Source of the DNA: Candidatus Omnitrophota bacterium
GTDB lineage: Bacteria > Omnitrophota > Gorgyraeia > Zapsychrales > Zapsychraceae
NCBI GenBank assembly: GCA_020429915.1
Contig: JAGQKV010000002.1
Location: 61 to 64,060 of the forward strand
Reading direction: 5' to 3'
DNA: 64,000 nucleotides
Shown here piece after piece: positions 8,640 to 17,970 of this stretch; position 1 is the first letter of the stretch, and each line of letters opens with the position of its first letter. Position numbers and translations under genes: made by a program. A model generated the notes under the pieces. The model did not search any database. It saw nothing but the letters and a program-made list of their open reading frames with translations, and was not told the origin of the DNA.

Positions 8640-8768
8640 GCGGCGGTGATTTCCGTCCGGCCCCCCTGTGGTCCTAACGGCGGTTTACGCGGGATTTATT
8701 CCGGTAAATCTTTCCAATTCTAGCACATTACGGTGAGATTGCTATTTTCGGCGGCGCTCGCCGTTTCG

Positions 8769-9233
8769 TTACATGCCGCGGAATAGAACCCGGCCGTACG
8801 GCAGGAACGGCCACGGGATGGAGACCATGACGAGCAGGAAGACTACCAGGACGGTGATCGCCATGCGTTTGAAGGCGGCCTTGGCGTCCGGGGCCTTTTT
8901 GACCAGGACATTGCCCACATGCAGCAGGATCACGCCCAGGACCATGGCGAAGATGTGCTCCACCGCCACGTAACGCAGCTGGGTGTCGGACATCGTCATC
9001 TTCATCCCCGCTTCGAAAGCGGCCTTGACGTTGGGACTGATAAAGTAGAGATACAGCCCCAGCATGACCTGCAGGTCGTAGACGATCATGGTGATCAGCC
9101 GGGTGGTGTGAAATTTCTTGTCGGCCTCCCCTCCGCCCAGCCAGCCGCGGAAGGATTTGATCAGGAGCAGGACCATAGTGAGCAGGACCAGCCAGCGGCC
9201 CCAACTGTGGACGAAGAGTGCGAAACTGTACAT
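8769..9233 (-). CDS. Integral membrane protein (4 predicted TM helices)
   Basis: Four hydrophobic stretches. Conserved His in TM1 (FALFVHSWGRWLVLL) and TM3 (VAVEHIFAMVLGVILLHVGN) suggests a possible heme or metal ligand. Confidence 0.55.
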   Translation of the reverse strand: MYSFALFVHSWGRWLVLLTMVLLLIKSFRGWLGGGEADKKFHTTRLITMIVYDLQVMLGLYLYFISPNVKAAFEAGMKMTMSDTQLRYVAVEHIFAMVLGVILLHVGNVLVKKAPDAKAAFKRMAITVLVVFLLVMVSIPWPFLPYGRVLFRGM

Positions 9234-9261
9234 GTTTTTACCTCAAGTAGTGTTTATAAAT

Positions 9262-9440
9262 TTCGAATATCGAATCCTCGAATGTTCGAGGGAAATCCGA
9301 ATCTTCGAAGTGCCGGATGAAATGACTGAAATCCCTTCGCTTGCTGAATTACGGTAAAACTATGGGGCCGTTTCGGTGATTTGGGAATTCGGTCATTCGA
9401 TATTCCTTCGAATATTCGAAGATTCGGATTTGGAGATTTA
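9262..9440. repeat. Intergenic repeat element, TTCGAATATCGAA family (copy B, two blocks)
   Basis: tttcgaatatcgaatcctcgaatgttcgagggaaatccgaatcttcgaag, and ggtcattcgatattccttcgaatattcgaagattcggatttggag nearly identical to the block at 57445..57480. Confidence 0.7.
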
Positions 9441-9448
9441 TTCTCCTG

Positions 9449-10474
9449 TCACTGTGCCGGCGTCGATCTCAGTGAGCCGAGCGGTCCCAAGGCAGCGTCG
9501 CCGATTTGCATGCTGTCGGCGAATTCTTCCAGCAGCCGGAAATGTTCTTCGTATTCGTCGACGGTCGTCATTAGCTGAAGTGAAAGGATCTGCCCGTCGA
9601 AGTAAAACTGGTACCATACGCTGCGCAATCCCTTGGGCATTTCCAGCCACATCAACGCGGCGTCATACCCGTGCAGTTGCTTTCTTTCCGGACCGCGTAC
9701 CGTGACTTCAGGGTTCTCCGTGACGGCCAGGGCGATCAGCCGGGCGTAGTCGACCGCCGACTCGACGTTCCGTGGCGGCGTGTCCACGGTAATGCCGATG
9801 CTCGGGACCGGCTGGGCTTCATTCTTGGTGTATAACAACAGTGCGCGCGAACCGTTATTAAGGAAGATGTTCTGCCGGCCGATCCATCCCGGCACCGCCT
9901 GCCAGCACATTTGCCGGCCGCTGCCGATCAGGACGCAGTCCGCCGTTCCGCCGCTGCCGATGCCGCGCATGCCGGCGCCTCCGGTGCGCACGGCATGGAT
10001 GAACTCGTTGGCCGTATGAAAGCCGTACCAGGACATCTGTTCGGGGAGTTCTCCGTTCCATAAGCTGTCCTTGCTGGCTGTCAGCATTTGGACAAAGAAA
10101 CCCGCCGGTTCGGCAGCGGGGTCCTGCTCAAGTGCCAAATACGCGTGTTCCATTGATCTCTTGATACGGCCGGCGGCATAATTGCCGAACATCGCGGCCT
10201 GGCGCGCCCGCAGGGATTCAGGTGATTCAGGGCTGAGCCTCATAACCTTGTCCGCGTACTCTTCGCAGGGCTCGACTTCGCCCACACTGCAGTGCAGATT
10301 GGCCAGCTCCAGATTCAATTTGACGCTGAGCGGATCATCATTCAGTAATTCCTGAATAACGGCCACACGGCCGCTGATATCCGTACCGACCGGCGCCAGA
10401 TACGTCTGTTGGGCGTGACCGGTGGCGGCTGTAAACAGCAGGATCAGGGTTCCCAGGACGAGACGAACCTTCAT
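9449..10474 (-). CDS. Secreted hypothetical protein (signal peptide)
   Basis: MKVRLVLGTLILLFTAATGHA|QQ signal peptide. 341 aa, no recognisable motif. Confidence 0.6.
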   Translation of the reverse strand: MKVRLVLGTLILLFTAATGHAQQTYLAPVGTDISGRVAVIQELLNDDPLSVKLNLELANLHCSVGEVEPCEEYADKVMRLSPESPESLRARQAAMFGNYAAGRIKRSMEHAYLALEQDPAAEPAGFFVQMLTASKDSLWNGELPEQMSWYGFHTANEFIHAVRTGGAGMRGIGSGGTADCVLIGSGRQMCWQAVPGWIGRQNIFLNNGSRALLLYTKNEAQPVPSIGITVDTPPRNVESAVDYARLIALAVTENPEVTVRGPERKQLHGYDAALMWLEMPKGLRSVWYQFYFDGQILSLQLMTTVDEYEEHFRLLEEFADSMQIGDAALGPLGSLRSTPAQ

Positions 10475-10883
10475 GGGAGGGGTCCTTTCATTAACCAGGC
10501 GCGGATGGAATTGCTCATAGACTGGCTATTATACCCGATGATCGGCGGTATTTTGATCCATTTTTTTGATTTGGTCCGGACCGCGACCCCGCTCCCCTTT
10601 TCCCAGGTCACCTCTTCGATGTCCCGGCGACGGATAAGACGACGTCCGCTCAGACGCGATACGTCCAAGGTGTCGATGCCGAGCAGGACACGCGTGCGGA
10701 TGCTCTCGGTCAACGCGTAAGCCGTGAGGATGGCGAAAAACACCAGGATCCCCAGGGCGGTATTTGACGCGTTGGCATTGATCGCGATTACGATGAGGAT
10801 TGTGAACACGATGCTGGCGGCAAAGATTGCCGCGACAAAGCCGAGCGGATGACGGAATTCTTTGATTTCGGACGGGTTCATCA
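10471..10883 (-). CDS. Small membrane protein with C-terminal bacterial PH-like domain
   Basis: Start taken at the internal ATG (MNPSEIKEF...), which overlaps the upstream gene stop (cTGATGaac, translational coupling). Two TM helices then a soluble C-terminus. The track N-terminal extension is low-complexity and rejected. Confidence 0.45.
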
Positions 10884-11396
10884 GCGCAGAAGTTTTATCA
10901 GGATGATAATCACTAACCAGATGGTCGCGAAAAACGGCAACGGCAGCCCCATGGCCACCGGCACCAAGGCCTCGGAATCGAGGATCGGGTCCTGTGCATG
11001 CTGCGGGTGGACCTTGCGGTAAATCCGGCTGGACAACACGGCCACCAGCGAATTCACCAGGATGATCAAAAACAGGTTCATCACTTTCCACTGCGGAGCC
11101 AGTTGTGACTCCAGCAGGATCACCGTCAGGATGTTGACGCAGATGGTGGTCAGAACGGCCCTGAGGACTTCGTTCATGTCCTTGACCACCGTGCTGAAGA
11201 CCCCGCCCATCCAGGAGATGTAAAAACTGACCGACATAAAGCCGACCATGCGCATGACCGGACTGTCGACCTCAAATATGCGCACCAGCGTGTTGTGCGC
11301 CGCGATAAAAAACAGCATCGGAACGGTCAGCGCGAAACCGATCAGATAGATACAGATGAAGATATTCTTCAGCAGGTTTCTGATGCGCGGCGACAT
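10881..11396 (-). CDS. Integral membrane protein
   Basis: Multiple hydrophobic helices; 171 aa; coupled to the downstream gene. Confidence 0.5.
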   Translation of the reverse strand: MSPRIRNLLKNIFICIYLIGFALTVPMLFFIAAHNTLVRIFEVDSPVMRMVGFMSVSFYISWMGGVFSTVVKDMNEVLRAVLTTICVNILTVILLESQLAPQWKVMNLFLIILVNSLVAVLSSRIYRKVHPQHAQDPILDSEALVPVAMGLPLPFFATIWLVIIILIKLLR

Positions 11397-11411
11397 GGGC
11401 CAGCCTCGTTG

Positions 11412-11513
11412 TTACCAGGAATCGGTGATCGAAATTTCCGTGTCAACGTTCTCCCGCCACCCGGCGCAGCCGGCGAGCGTGACGGTCAGTGTAACAAGTA
11501 TGGCATATATCAT
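11412..11513 (-). CDS. Possible small lipoprotein (33 aa)
   Basis: MIYAILVTLTVTLAGC with lipobox LAGC. Very short and the RBS is weak. Confidence 0.25.
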   Translation of the reverse strand: MIYAILVTLTVTLAGCAGWRENVDTEISITDSW

Positions 11514-11517
11514 CGGT

Positions 11518-11955
11518 TTAGCCCGCATCCGCAAGGTACTCCGCGAGCAGGATGACCAGCTCTTGTTGCCGGGTGAGGACTTCATCGACCACGGCCTTGT
11601 CCTGCGGATGAATGAATTCGGGGTCGCGGGTAATGTCCTGCCAGAAGCGGATTTCATCCTCGTAGAGCGGCAGCATCAGCTCGACGATATCGGCGGCCGA
11701 TTCGGCCTGGCTGATCAGTTCGTCCAGTTCCGCGTCGAGTTCCCCCGCCGCCTGATCGGATTCGGCGACTTGTTCCTTTTCTTCAACGGTCAATTCCTCG
11801 GGGGCCTCGCCGCGTTGCTGCTTGTTTTCCTCTATGCGCGGGATCATCGCTTCCCACGCCGCTTCCAGTTCCGCGGCAAGGGCGGCAATGCGTTCTTCCC
11901 GTTCCCCGCTGCCGGATTTATTCCGCATCGCGGCCAGGTGGCGGGCCGGTAACAT
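11518..11955 (-). CDS. Acidic hypothetical protein
   Basis: Glu/Asp-rich, helical. Start overlaps the valS stop (TGATG). Confidence 0.45.
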   Translation of the reverse strand: MLPARHLAAMRNKSGSGEREERIAALAAELEAAWEAMIPRIEENKQQRGEAPEELTVEEKEQVAESDQAAGELDAELDELISQAESAADIVELMLPLYEDEIRFWQDITRDPEFIHPQDKAVVDEVLTRQQELVILLAEYLADAG

Positions 11956-14552
11956 CAGCCCAGATTCTCCAGGACCGATTTTTGTTCTGTCAATTCATGC
12001 GCCAGTGCGGCAAGCCGTTCATTCTCTTTCTGTACGACATCCGCCGGGGCCTTGGCGAGGAAGTTCTCGTTGCTCAGGCGTTTTTCCAGGGAGTCGTGCG
12101 CTTTTTGCAATTCGACGATTTTCTTGGTGAGGCGCTGCTTCTCGGCGTCGATGTCGATCAGGTCGCCCAGCGGGACGGCGATCTTGACCTTGCCGACGAT
12201 GGCCGAGGCGCAGTTTTGGGTATCCACATCATCGCTGCCCAGGTTCAACTGTCCGATATTGGCGCGCGCCCTGATCATGTCCGCGTTCTGTTCGAGCAGC
12301 TGCAACGCGCCGTCGCCGGCCGTGGCATTGACGGTGATCTGTTCCTTGGGGCCGATATTCCACGTCGAGCGGATATTGCGCACGGCCACGATCGCGTCGA
12401 TCACCGTCTGCATTTCGGTCTCGGCGGCCGAATCGATCCATTTGCGGTGGCACACCGGCCAGCTTTGCCGGCAAAGCGGTCCCTGCTCCTTATACAAATG
12501 TTCCCAGATCTCCTCGGTGACGAACGGGATGAACGGGTGCATCATGGTCAGCGCGACGCTTAAGATCCCCACCGCCGTCTGTTGCACTGCCGGATCGTCC
12601 CAGCGGTCCTTGATGATCTCCAGGTACCAGTCGCAGTAATTGTTCCAGAAGAAATCGTAGATCAGATTCTCGGCCTCGGAATAATGATAGGTCTCGATCG
12701 CGTGACTGACATCGTGCAGGGTTTGATAGAGCCGCGATACGATCCACCGGCTGACCAGGTCCGCGGGTTCGGGCGGTTCGGTCTGCGGGGCTTCCTTCAC
12801 ATTCATCAGCACGAGCCGCGAGGCGTTCCAGATTTTGTTGGCGAAATTGCGCCCGACCTCGAAGTTGTCCTTGGAGATGTACAGGTCCTGCCCCGAATTA
12901 TGGATGAGGCTGAAGCGCAGGGCGTCGCCGCCGTACTCTTCCACAATCTCCAGCGGATCGATCGCGTTGCCCAGGGATTTGCTCATCTTGCGGCCCTTGT
13001 CGTCGCGCACGGTCCCGTGAATATAAACGTCGCGAAACGGGAGATCACCCATAAATTCATAACCGGCCATGATCATGCGCGCCACCCAAAAGAAGATGAT
13101 TTCCGAGGCGGTAAAAAGCGCGTCACCGGGATAAAAGAATTTCAGGTCCGCGTTGTCGTGCGGCCAGCCGAAGGTGGCGAACGGCCACAACCAGGAGCTG
13201 AACCAGGTGTCGAGGACGTCTTCGTCCTGACGAAGCGTGTTTTTCCCGGAAATGGCCTTCGCCTCTTCCTCATTCAAGGCGGCGTACTGATTGCCCTCTT
13301 CGTCGTACCACACCGGGATGCGGTGGCCCCACCAGATCTGTCGGGAGATGCACCAGTCACGGATGTTTTCCATCCAGTTCATGTAGACCTTTTCCCAGCG
13401 GGCGGGATGGAATCTGATGTCGCCGTTTTGCACCGCGGCGATGGCCGGCCGGGCCAGCGGCTCCATGCGGACGAACCACTGTTTCGACAGGTACGGCTCC
13501 ACAACTGAATGACAGCGGTAGCAATGTCCCACGGCGTGGGTGTGGTCTTCCCGTTTGACGAAGAATCCGTGTTTCTTGAGGTCTTCGACGATATCCTTGC
13601 GCGCGTCGAAACGGTCCCGGCCTTCGTAGTGGCCGGCATGCTCGTTCATGGTCCCGTCTTCGTTCATTACGTTGATGTGCGTCAGATCATGCCGGCGGCC
13701 CATTTCAAAGTCGTTGGGGTCATGCGCCGGGGTGACCTTGACCGCGCCGGTCCCGAATTCCGGATCGACAAACTCGTCGGGGATCACCGGGATCTCACGG
13801 TGCATCAGCGGCAGGATCAGGGTCTTGCCGATCGCGCCCTGATAGCGCGGGTCTGCCGGATTGACGGCTACAGCTGTGTCACCAAGCATGGTTTCCGGCC
13901 GGGTCGTGGCCACGATGATCCCGTTATCAGGGTCGTCTTTAAACGGATAGCGGATGTGCGTCAGCGCGCCCTGGGTCTCCTGGTGTTCGCTTTCTTCGTC
14001 GGAGAGCGCGGTATGGCAGCGCGGACACCAGTTGATAATCCGTTCACCGCGGTAGATCAGGTCTTTGTTGTACAGTTCGACGAACACCTTGCGGACCGCC
14101 AGGCTGTAACTGTCGTCCATGGTAAACGCGGTGCGCGGCCAATCGCAGGAAGCACCGATTTTCTTAAGCTGATTGATGATCGTGTCGCCGTATTGCTGCT
14201 TCCAGGACCACAGCCGTTCGAGCATTTTCTCACGGCCGAGATGATGCCGGTCGGTGCCTTCTTTGTGCAATTGTTTTTCCACGACGTTCTGGGTGGCGAT
14301 ACCGGCGTGATCGGTGCCCGGCATCCAGCAGGCCTCAAAGCCCTTCATCCGTTTGTAGCGCATGATAATGTCCTGCAGCGTATTGTTCAGGGCGTGGCCC
14401 ATGTGCAGGATCCCGGTCACGTTGGGCGGCGGGATGGTGATGACATACGGTTTTTTATCGCTGGGCTCGGCGTGAAAACAGTTTTCATCCTCCCAGTATT
14501 TCGCCCATTTGGCGTCACTGGTCTTAAAATCGTAGCGCTTAGGTAACTCCAT
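11955..14552 (-). CDS. valS: Valine--tRNA ligase
   Basis: HMGHALN (HIGH) and KMSKS motifs; 865 aa with C-terminal coiled coil. Confidence 0.97.
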   Translation of the reverse strand: MELPKRYDFKTSDAKWAKYWEDENCFHAEPSDKKPYVITIPPPNVTGILHMGHALNNTLQDIIMRYKRMKGFEACWMPGTDHAGIATQNVVEKQLHKEGTDRHHLGREKMLERLWSWKQQYGDTIINQLKKIGASCDWPRTAFTMDDSYSLAVRKVFVELYNKDLIYRGERIINWCPRCHTALSDEESEHQETQGALTHIRYPFKDDPDNGIIVATTRPETMLGDTAVAVNPADPRYQGAIGKTLILPLMHREIPVIPDEFVDPEFGTGAVKVTPAHDPNDFEMGRRHDLTHINVMNEDGTMNEHAGHYEGRDRFDARKDIVEDLKKHGFFVKREDHTHAVGHCYRCHSVVEPYLSKQWFVRMEPLARPAIAAVQNGDIRFHPARWEKVYMNWMENIRDWCISRQIWWGHRIPVWYDEEGNQYAALNEEEAKAISGKNTLRQDEDVLDTWFSSWLWPFATFGWPHDNADLKFFYPGDALFTASEIIFFWVARMIMAGYEFMGDLPFRDVYIHGTVRDDKGRKMSKSLGNAIDPLEIVEEYGGDALRFSLIHNSGQDLYISKDNFEVGRNFANKIWNASRLVLMNVKEAPQTEPPEPADLVSRWIVSRLYQTLHDVSHAIETYHYSEAENLIYDFFWNNYCDWYLEIIKDRWDDPAVQQTAVGILSVALTMMHPFIPFVTEEIWEHLYKEQGPLCRQSWPVCHRKWIDSAAETEMQTVIDAIVAVRNIRSTWNIGPKEQITVNATAGDGALQLLEQNADMIRARANIGQLNLGSDDVDTQNCASAIVGKVKIAVPLGDLIDIDAEKQRLTKKIVELQKAHDSLEKRLSNENFLAKAPADVVQKENERLAALAHELTEQKSVLENLG

Positions 14553-14576
14553 AGCTTATTCCGTGATATGTGCTAC

Positions 14577-14681
14577 GTGATAAGTGATACGAACAGTGAA
14601 GCGCCTGCTTTACGTCAACGGGCCTTCCTTTTGTGTGGCCTGCCGGACGATATGTCGTAAACTGTTCGTATCACTTATCAC
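14577..14681. promoter_or_regulatory. Perfect 21-bp inverted repeat (gtgataagtgatacgaacagt / actgttcgtatcacttatcac) separated by 63 bp, between valS and the upstream membrane-protein gene
   Basis: Arm 1 at 14577..14597, arm 2 at 14661..14681, exact reverse complements. Arm 2 overlaps the stop codon of gene 14678..16264. A related imperfect IR with GTGAT(C/A)AGTGAT motifs flanks the other end of that gene. Confidence 0.6.
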
Positions 14682-16264
14682 TTATCCCGTATCACGCCTT
14701 TCATTTTAGGTTCTCGTTCAATCGCTGTCTTATACGCGAATTTACCGATCAGTTCCCGGAATTCCGGCTTTTCGCGGACGTAGATATAGGTTTGATCGTC
14801 GATGTACACCAGATGCCAGTACGGCGACGCGGTCAGTGCCACGGTCAGCGGCGCGCGCTGGGCCAGCCAGCGGCTGAGGACGACCACATCAATGTGGTAG
14901 CTGCGCAGCGTCGCATCCCAGCCGGGACGGCCGGCGATCAGTTCGAAATAGATTTCATAGAAGGCGTCGCCCATGGTATCGAGACGGTTCTGGATGAAGA
15001 CCTTGTTGTCCGGGTACAGCTGATACGCCAGAAAGCCCCCCCAGTCCATGTCGTTGAGGATGTTGCCGCCGACGCGGTTGGTCTTCATGAATCGGACGGC
15101 GTCGAGTGGTAGCAGGTTCCGGTTGGCTCCGAATCCGAATTGATACGTACTTTGCGGTCCGCCTTTGGCCACGAGAAACACGCAGACCAGGGCCAGCGCC
15201 AGACCTGCCGTGATGCCGCGTTGTCCCAGAATCCGGCTGATACCGGCCGGCCATTCCCGGTCCCGGACGAGCAGCGACAGGTAGTGGATGATCACCGGCG
15301 CGCTGAAAACGGCGAAGATCGGGATCAGGTTGACGACCTTAAGTGCCAGGGCCGCGCCGATGACAAACACCAGCATGTCGAAGACGTCCACCCGTCGGAT
15401 CATGCCGAAGATTACCGTCACATAAAAGGCCAGCGCGCACCAGAAAACCGGCAGCATCGTGTAGCCGAAGACGCGCGGCGGAAAATATTCGGGGACCCGG
15501 TATTTGATGGCCAGGTACATACTTTCCAGCGGATATGTCCAGAAGCCGAATCCCGCCGGGGTCAGACAACAAGCCGCCGCAGCGAGGGCTGTGATCAGCG
15601 CCAAATGCCTCAGCATCGGACCGTCGACCGGATATTTAAGGTTGCCGTCGAACAGGTACGGCCAGGTGCGTGCCAATATCGCAGCCGCCAGATACGTCAG
15701 CAAAAGAATAAATCCGAAAATACTGCCGAAGTGCAGATTCGACCAGAGCGCCATCAGCGGGAGCACGTGCCACAGCCGGGTGATGCGTCCGTTTTTGTAG
15801 GCATGCAGCCGCGTGCCCAGGTACATCAACAGCAGGTATGTGATGACCTGCGGCCCGACGGTCAACCGGAAATGCGACAGAAAGACCGTCACCAGCGCGA
15901 TCCAGAAGATGATCAGCGGCGAGGCTTCCCGTTCGCGCATATGCTGCCACAATAAACCGATCATGGCCATGACCAGCGCGCTTTTGAGCATGATCACCCC
16001 GGTCAAGCCGCCCAGCGTCTGGGCCGCCCCGAAAAGGACCTCGCTCAGCCATTGCGGATTCGTCACCGGTAATCCCGCCTTGGTGATCGTAATCCGGTCC
16101 ACCATGGACAGCGACGGCTCCCGCAGCCACAAGTGACCGTTCAACAGCGATCCCCACAGCGTGAAGGTCTTGATTTTAAAGGTCGTCAGCAGACCTGTGC
16201 AGGCCAACAAGGTGATGAGCAAGTAGGTATGCGGGTTTTGGGGGAGTGGGATGTGGCGTTTCAT
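14678..16264 (-). CDS. Polytopic membrane protein, GT-C-like glycosyltransferase candidate
   Basis: About 12 TM helices in the N-terminal two thirds, then a soluble C-terminal domain. Architecture resembles ArnT/PMT/YfhO-type lipid-linked glycosyltransferases. Confidence 0.55.
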   Translation of the reverse strand: MKRHIPLPQNPHTYLLITLLACTGLLTTFKIKTFTLWGSLLNGHLWLREPSLSMVDRITITKAGLPVTNPQWLSEVLFGAAQTLGGLTGVIMLKSALVMAMIGLLWQHMREREASPLIIFWIALVTVFLSHFRLTVGPQVITYLLLMYLGTRLHAYKNGRITRLWHVLPLMALWSNLHFGSIFGFILLLTYLAAAILARTWPYLFDGNLKYPVDGPMLRHLALITALAAAACCLTPAGFGFWTYPLESMYLAIKYRVPEYFPPRVFGYTMLPVFWCALAFYVTVIFGMIRRVDVFDMLVFVIGAALALKVVNLIPIFAVFSAPVIIHYLSLLVRDREWPAGISRILGQRGITAGLALALVCVFLVAKGGPQSTYQFGFGANRNLLPLDAVRFMKTNRVGGNILNDMDWGGFLAYQLYPDNKVFIQNRLDTMGDAFYEIYFELIAGRPGWDATLRSYHIDVVVLSRWLAQRAPLTVALTASPYWHLVYIDDQTYIYVREKPEFRELIGKFAYKTAIEREPKMKGVIRDK

Positions 16265-16265
16265 C

Positions 16266-16365
16266 TGTGAGTGATCAGTGATCTGTGATCTGTGGCCAGG
16301 TGTGCTGTCACCCGAGAAGCAACGGGCCGGTCATTCTGATCACTTATCACCGATCACTTACTTTT
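16266..16365. promoter_or_regulatory. Imperfect inverted repeat with GTGATnnGTGAT motifs upstream of the membrane-protein gene
   Basis: tgtgagtgatcagtgatctgtgatctg ... tgatcacttatcaccgatcacttac; related to the IR at 14577..14681. Confidence 0.45.
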
Positions 16366-17923
16366 TGTCTTTTAGAAGTTTATATTCAATCGCATCCGTC
16401 AGCGCCTCCCAGGAGGCTTCGATAATGTTCTCGTGTACGCCGACGGTGGTCCAGGAGTCGTGGTCGTCCTGCGATTCGATGAGGACCCGCACCTTGGCGC
16501 CGGCCCCTTCCTTGGAATCGAGGACGCGGACCTTGTAGTCGACCAGGTGCATTTCCTTGAGGCTCGGATAAAACGGATTGAGGGCCTGGCGCAGCGCCTT
16601 GTCGAGTGCATCTACCGGGCCGTCTCCCTGGACGGCGGCGAACTGTTCCTTCCCCTCTACCGACAGGCGCACGATGGCCTCGGCAAAGATGCGGCCGTCC
16701 AGGCGCTTTTCCGAGTAGGTCCGGAAGGTTTCAATCTTATAGAACGGTTTGTACTTCTTAAGCTGGCGGGTCATGAACAATTCAAAGGAGGCGTCGGCCG
16801 CTTCAAACTGATATCCTCCGTGTTCCATGTCCTGCAGGTTCTTCATCAATTTGCGCGCCTGCGGCGACTTCTTGTCGAGTTGGATATTCATCTGCTCGGC
16901 CTTCTTGACGATCGGCATCTTGCCGGCCAGCTCGGAGGTGATAAAGCGGCGGTGATTGCCGACCAGTTCCGGATTGACGTGCTCATAGGCGAGCGGATTT
17001 TTCATCATCGCATCGATGTGCACTCCCCCCTTGTGGGCGAAGGCCGAGTGACCGACGAACGCCGCATTGTTCGGGATGAGGCTGTTGGAGATCTCACTGA
17101 TGAAATAACAGGTTTCCATGAGTTTCTTGAGGCTCGACTTGGGCACGCAGTCCAGTTTGAGTTTGGTCTGCAGGATCCCGATGACGGTGGCCAGATTGGC
17201 GTTCCCGCACCGTTCGCCCAGTCCGTTGAAGGTCCCCTGCACGTGCACGCATCCGGCGCGCACCGCGGCGATGGAATTCGCTACCCCCAGCTCCAGATCA
17301 TGGTGGCAGTGGATTCCCAAATCGACATGGAAATGCTGGCGGATCCCGGTGATGATTTCATAAACTTCGAAGGGCAGTGTGCCGCCGTTGGTGTCGCAGA
17401 AGATGATGCAGTCGGCGCCGGCTTCCTGGGCGGCGAGTACGGTCTTAAGCGCGTATTCCGGGTTGTTCTTGTAACCGTCGAAAAAGTGTTCGGCATCGTA
17501 GAAGACCCGCGCGCGGCGTTTCTTCAGGTACGCCACCGAGTCGCCGATCATCCGCAGGTTTTCGTCAAGCGTCGTCTTGATGACATCGGTGACATGCAGG
17601 TCCCACGTCTTGCCGAAGATACAGATAGTCTCGGCGCCCGACTGGATCAGCGCCCGGATATTGGCGTCTTCCGCGCATTTGACCTTGGCGCGGCGGGTGG
17701 ATCCGAAGGCGGTGACCCGGGCGCTCTTGAGCTTCTTGCCCTTAAAATGCTTGAAGTATTCTTTATCCTTGGGGTTCGAGCCCGGCCAGCCGCCTTCGAT
17801 GTAGTGCACGCCCAGCTCGTCGAGCTTGTGGGTGATCTTGATCTTGTCGTTGACCGTGTAGCTGACCCCTTCGGTTTGGCTTCCGTCGCGTAATGTGGTG
17901 TCGTAGATCGTTATTTTTTGCAT
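16358..17923 (-). CDS. cimA: (R)-citramalate synthase / 2-isopropylmalate synthase family
   Basis: IYDTTLRDGSQ, GGWPGSNPKD, HxH metal motif and the C-terminal LeuA-dimer regulatory domain (LeuA2/CimA type). Confidence 0.85.
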   Translation of the reverse strand: MQKITIYDTTLRDGSQTEGVSYTVNDKIKITHKLDELGVHYIEGGWPGSNPKDKEYFKHFKGKKLKSARVTAFGSTRRAKVKCAEDANIRALIQSGAETICIFGKTWDLHVTDVIKTTLDENLRMIGDSVAYLKKRRARVFYDAEHFFDGYKNNPEYALKTVLAAQEAGADCIIFCDTNGGTLPFEVYEIITGIRQHFHVDLGIHCHHDLELGVANSIAAVRAGCVHVQGTFNGLGERCGNANLATVIGILQTKLKLDCVPKSSLKKLMETCYFISEISNSLIPNNAAFVGHSAFAHKGGVHIDAMMKNPLAYEHVNPELVGNHRRFITSELAGKMPIVKKAEQMNIQLDKKSPQARKLMKNLQDMEHGGYQFEAADASFELFMTRQLKKYKPFYKIETFRTYSEKRLDGRIFAEAIVRLSVEGKEQFAAVQGDGPVDALDKALRQALNPFYPSLKEMHLVDYKVRVLDSKEGAGAKVRVLIESQDDHDSWTTVGVHENIIEASWEALTDAIEYKLLKDKK

Positions 17924-17970
17924 GATGTCCCTCGTTTACGGCTGGATGATAACGTTGCCGTGGTCGTATC

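Noticed and set aside
8728-9204. ORF 8728..9204 and ORF 8919..9320, overlapping the His-rich membrane protein gene
   Set aside because: Pro/Arg/Gly-rich out-of-frame translations of the membrane-protein gene region.
12582-14546. + strand ORFs antisense to valS (12582..13508, 13509..14546), to cimA (16433..17893) and to lysC (18001..18774)
   Set aside because: Each sits opposite a gene with unambiguous family motifs; their composition is that of high-GC antisense frames.
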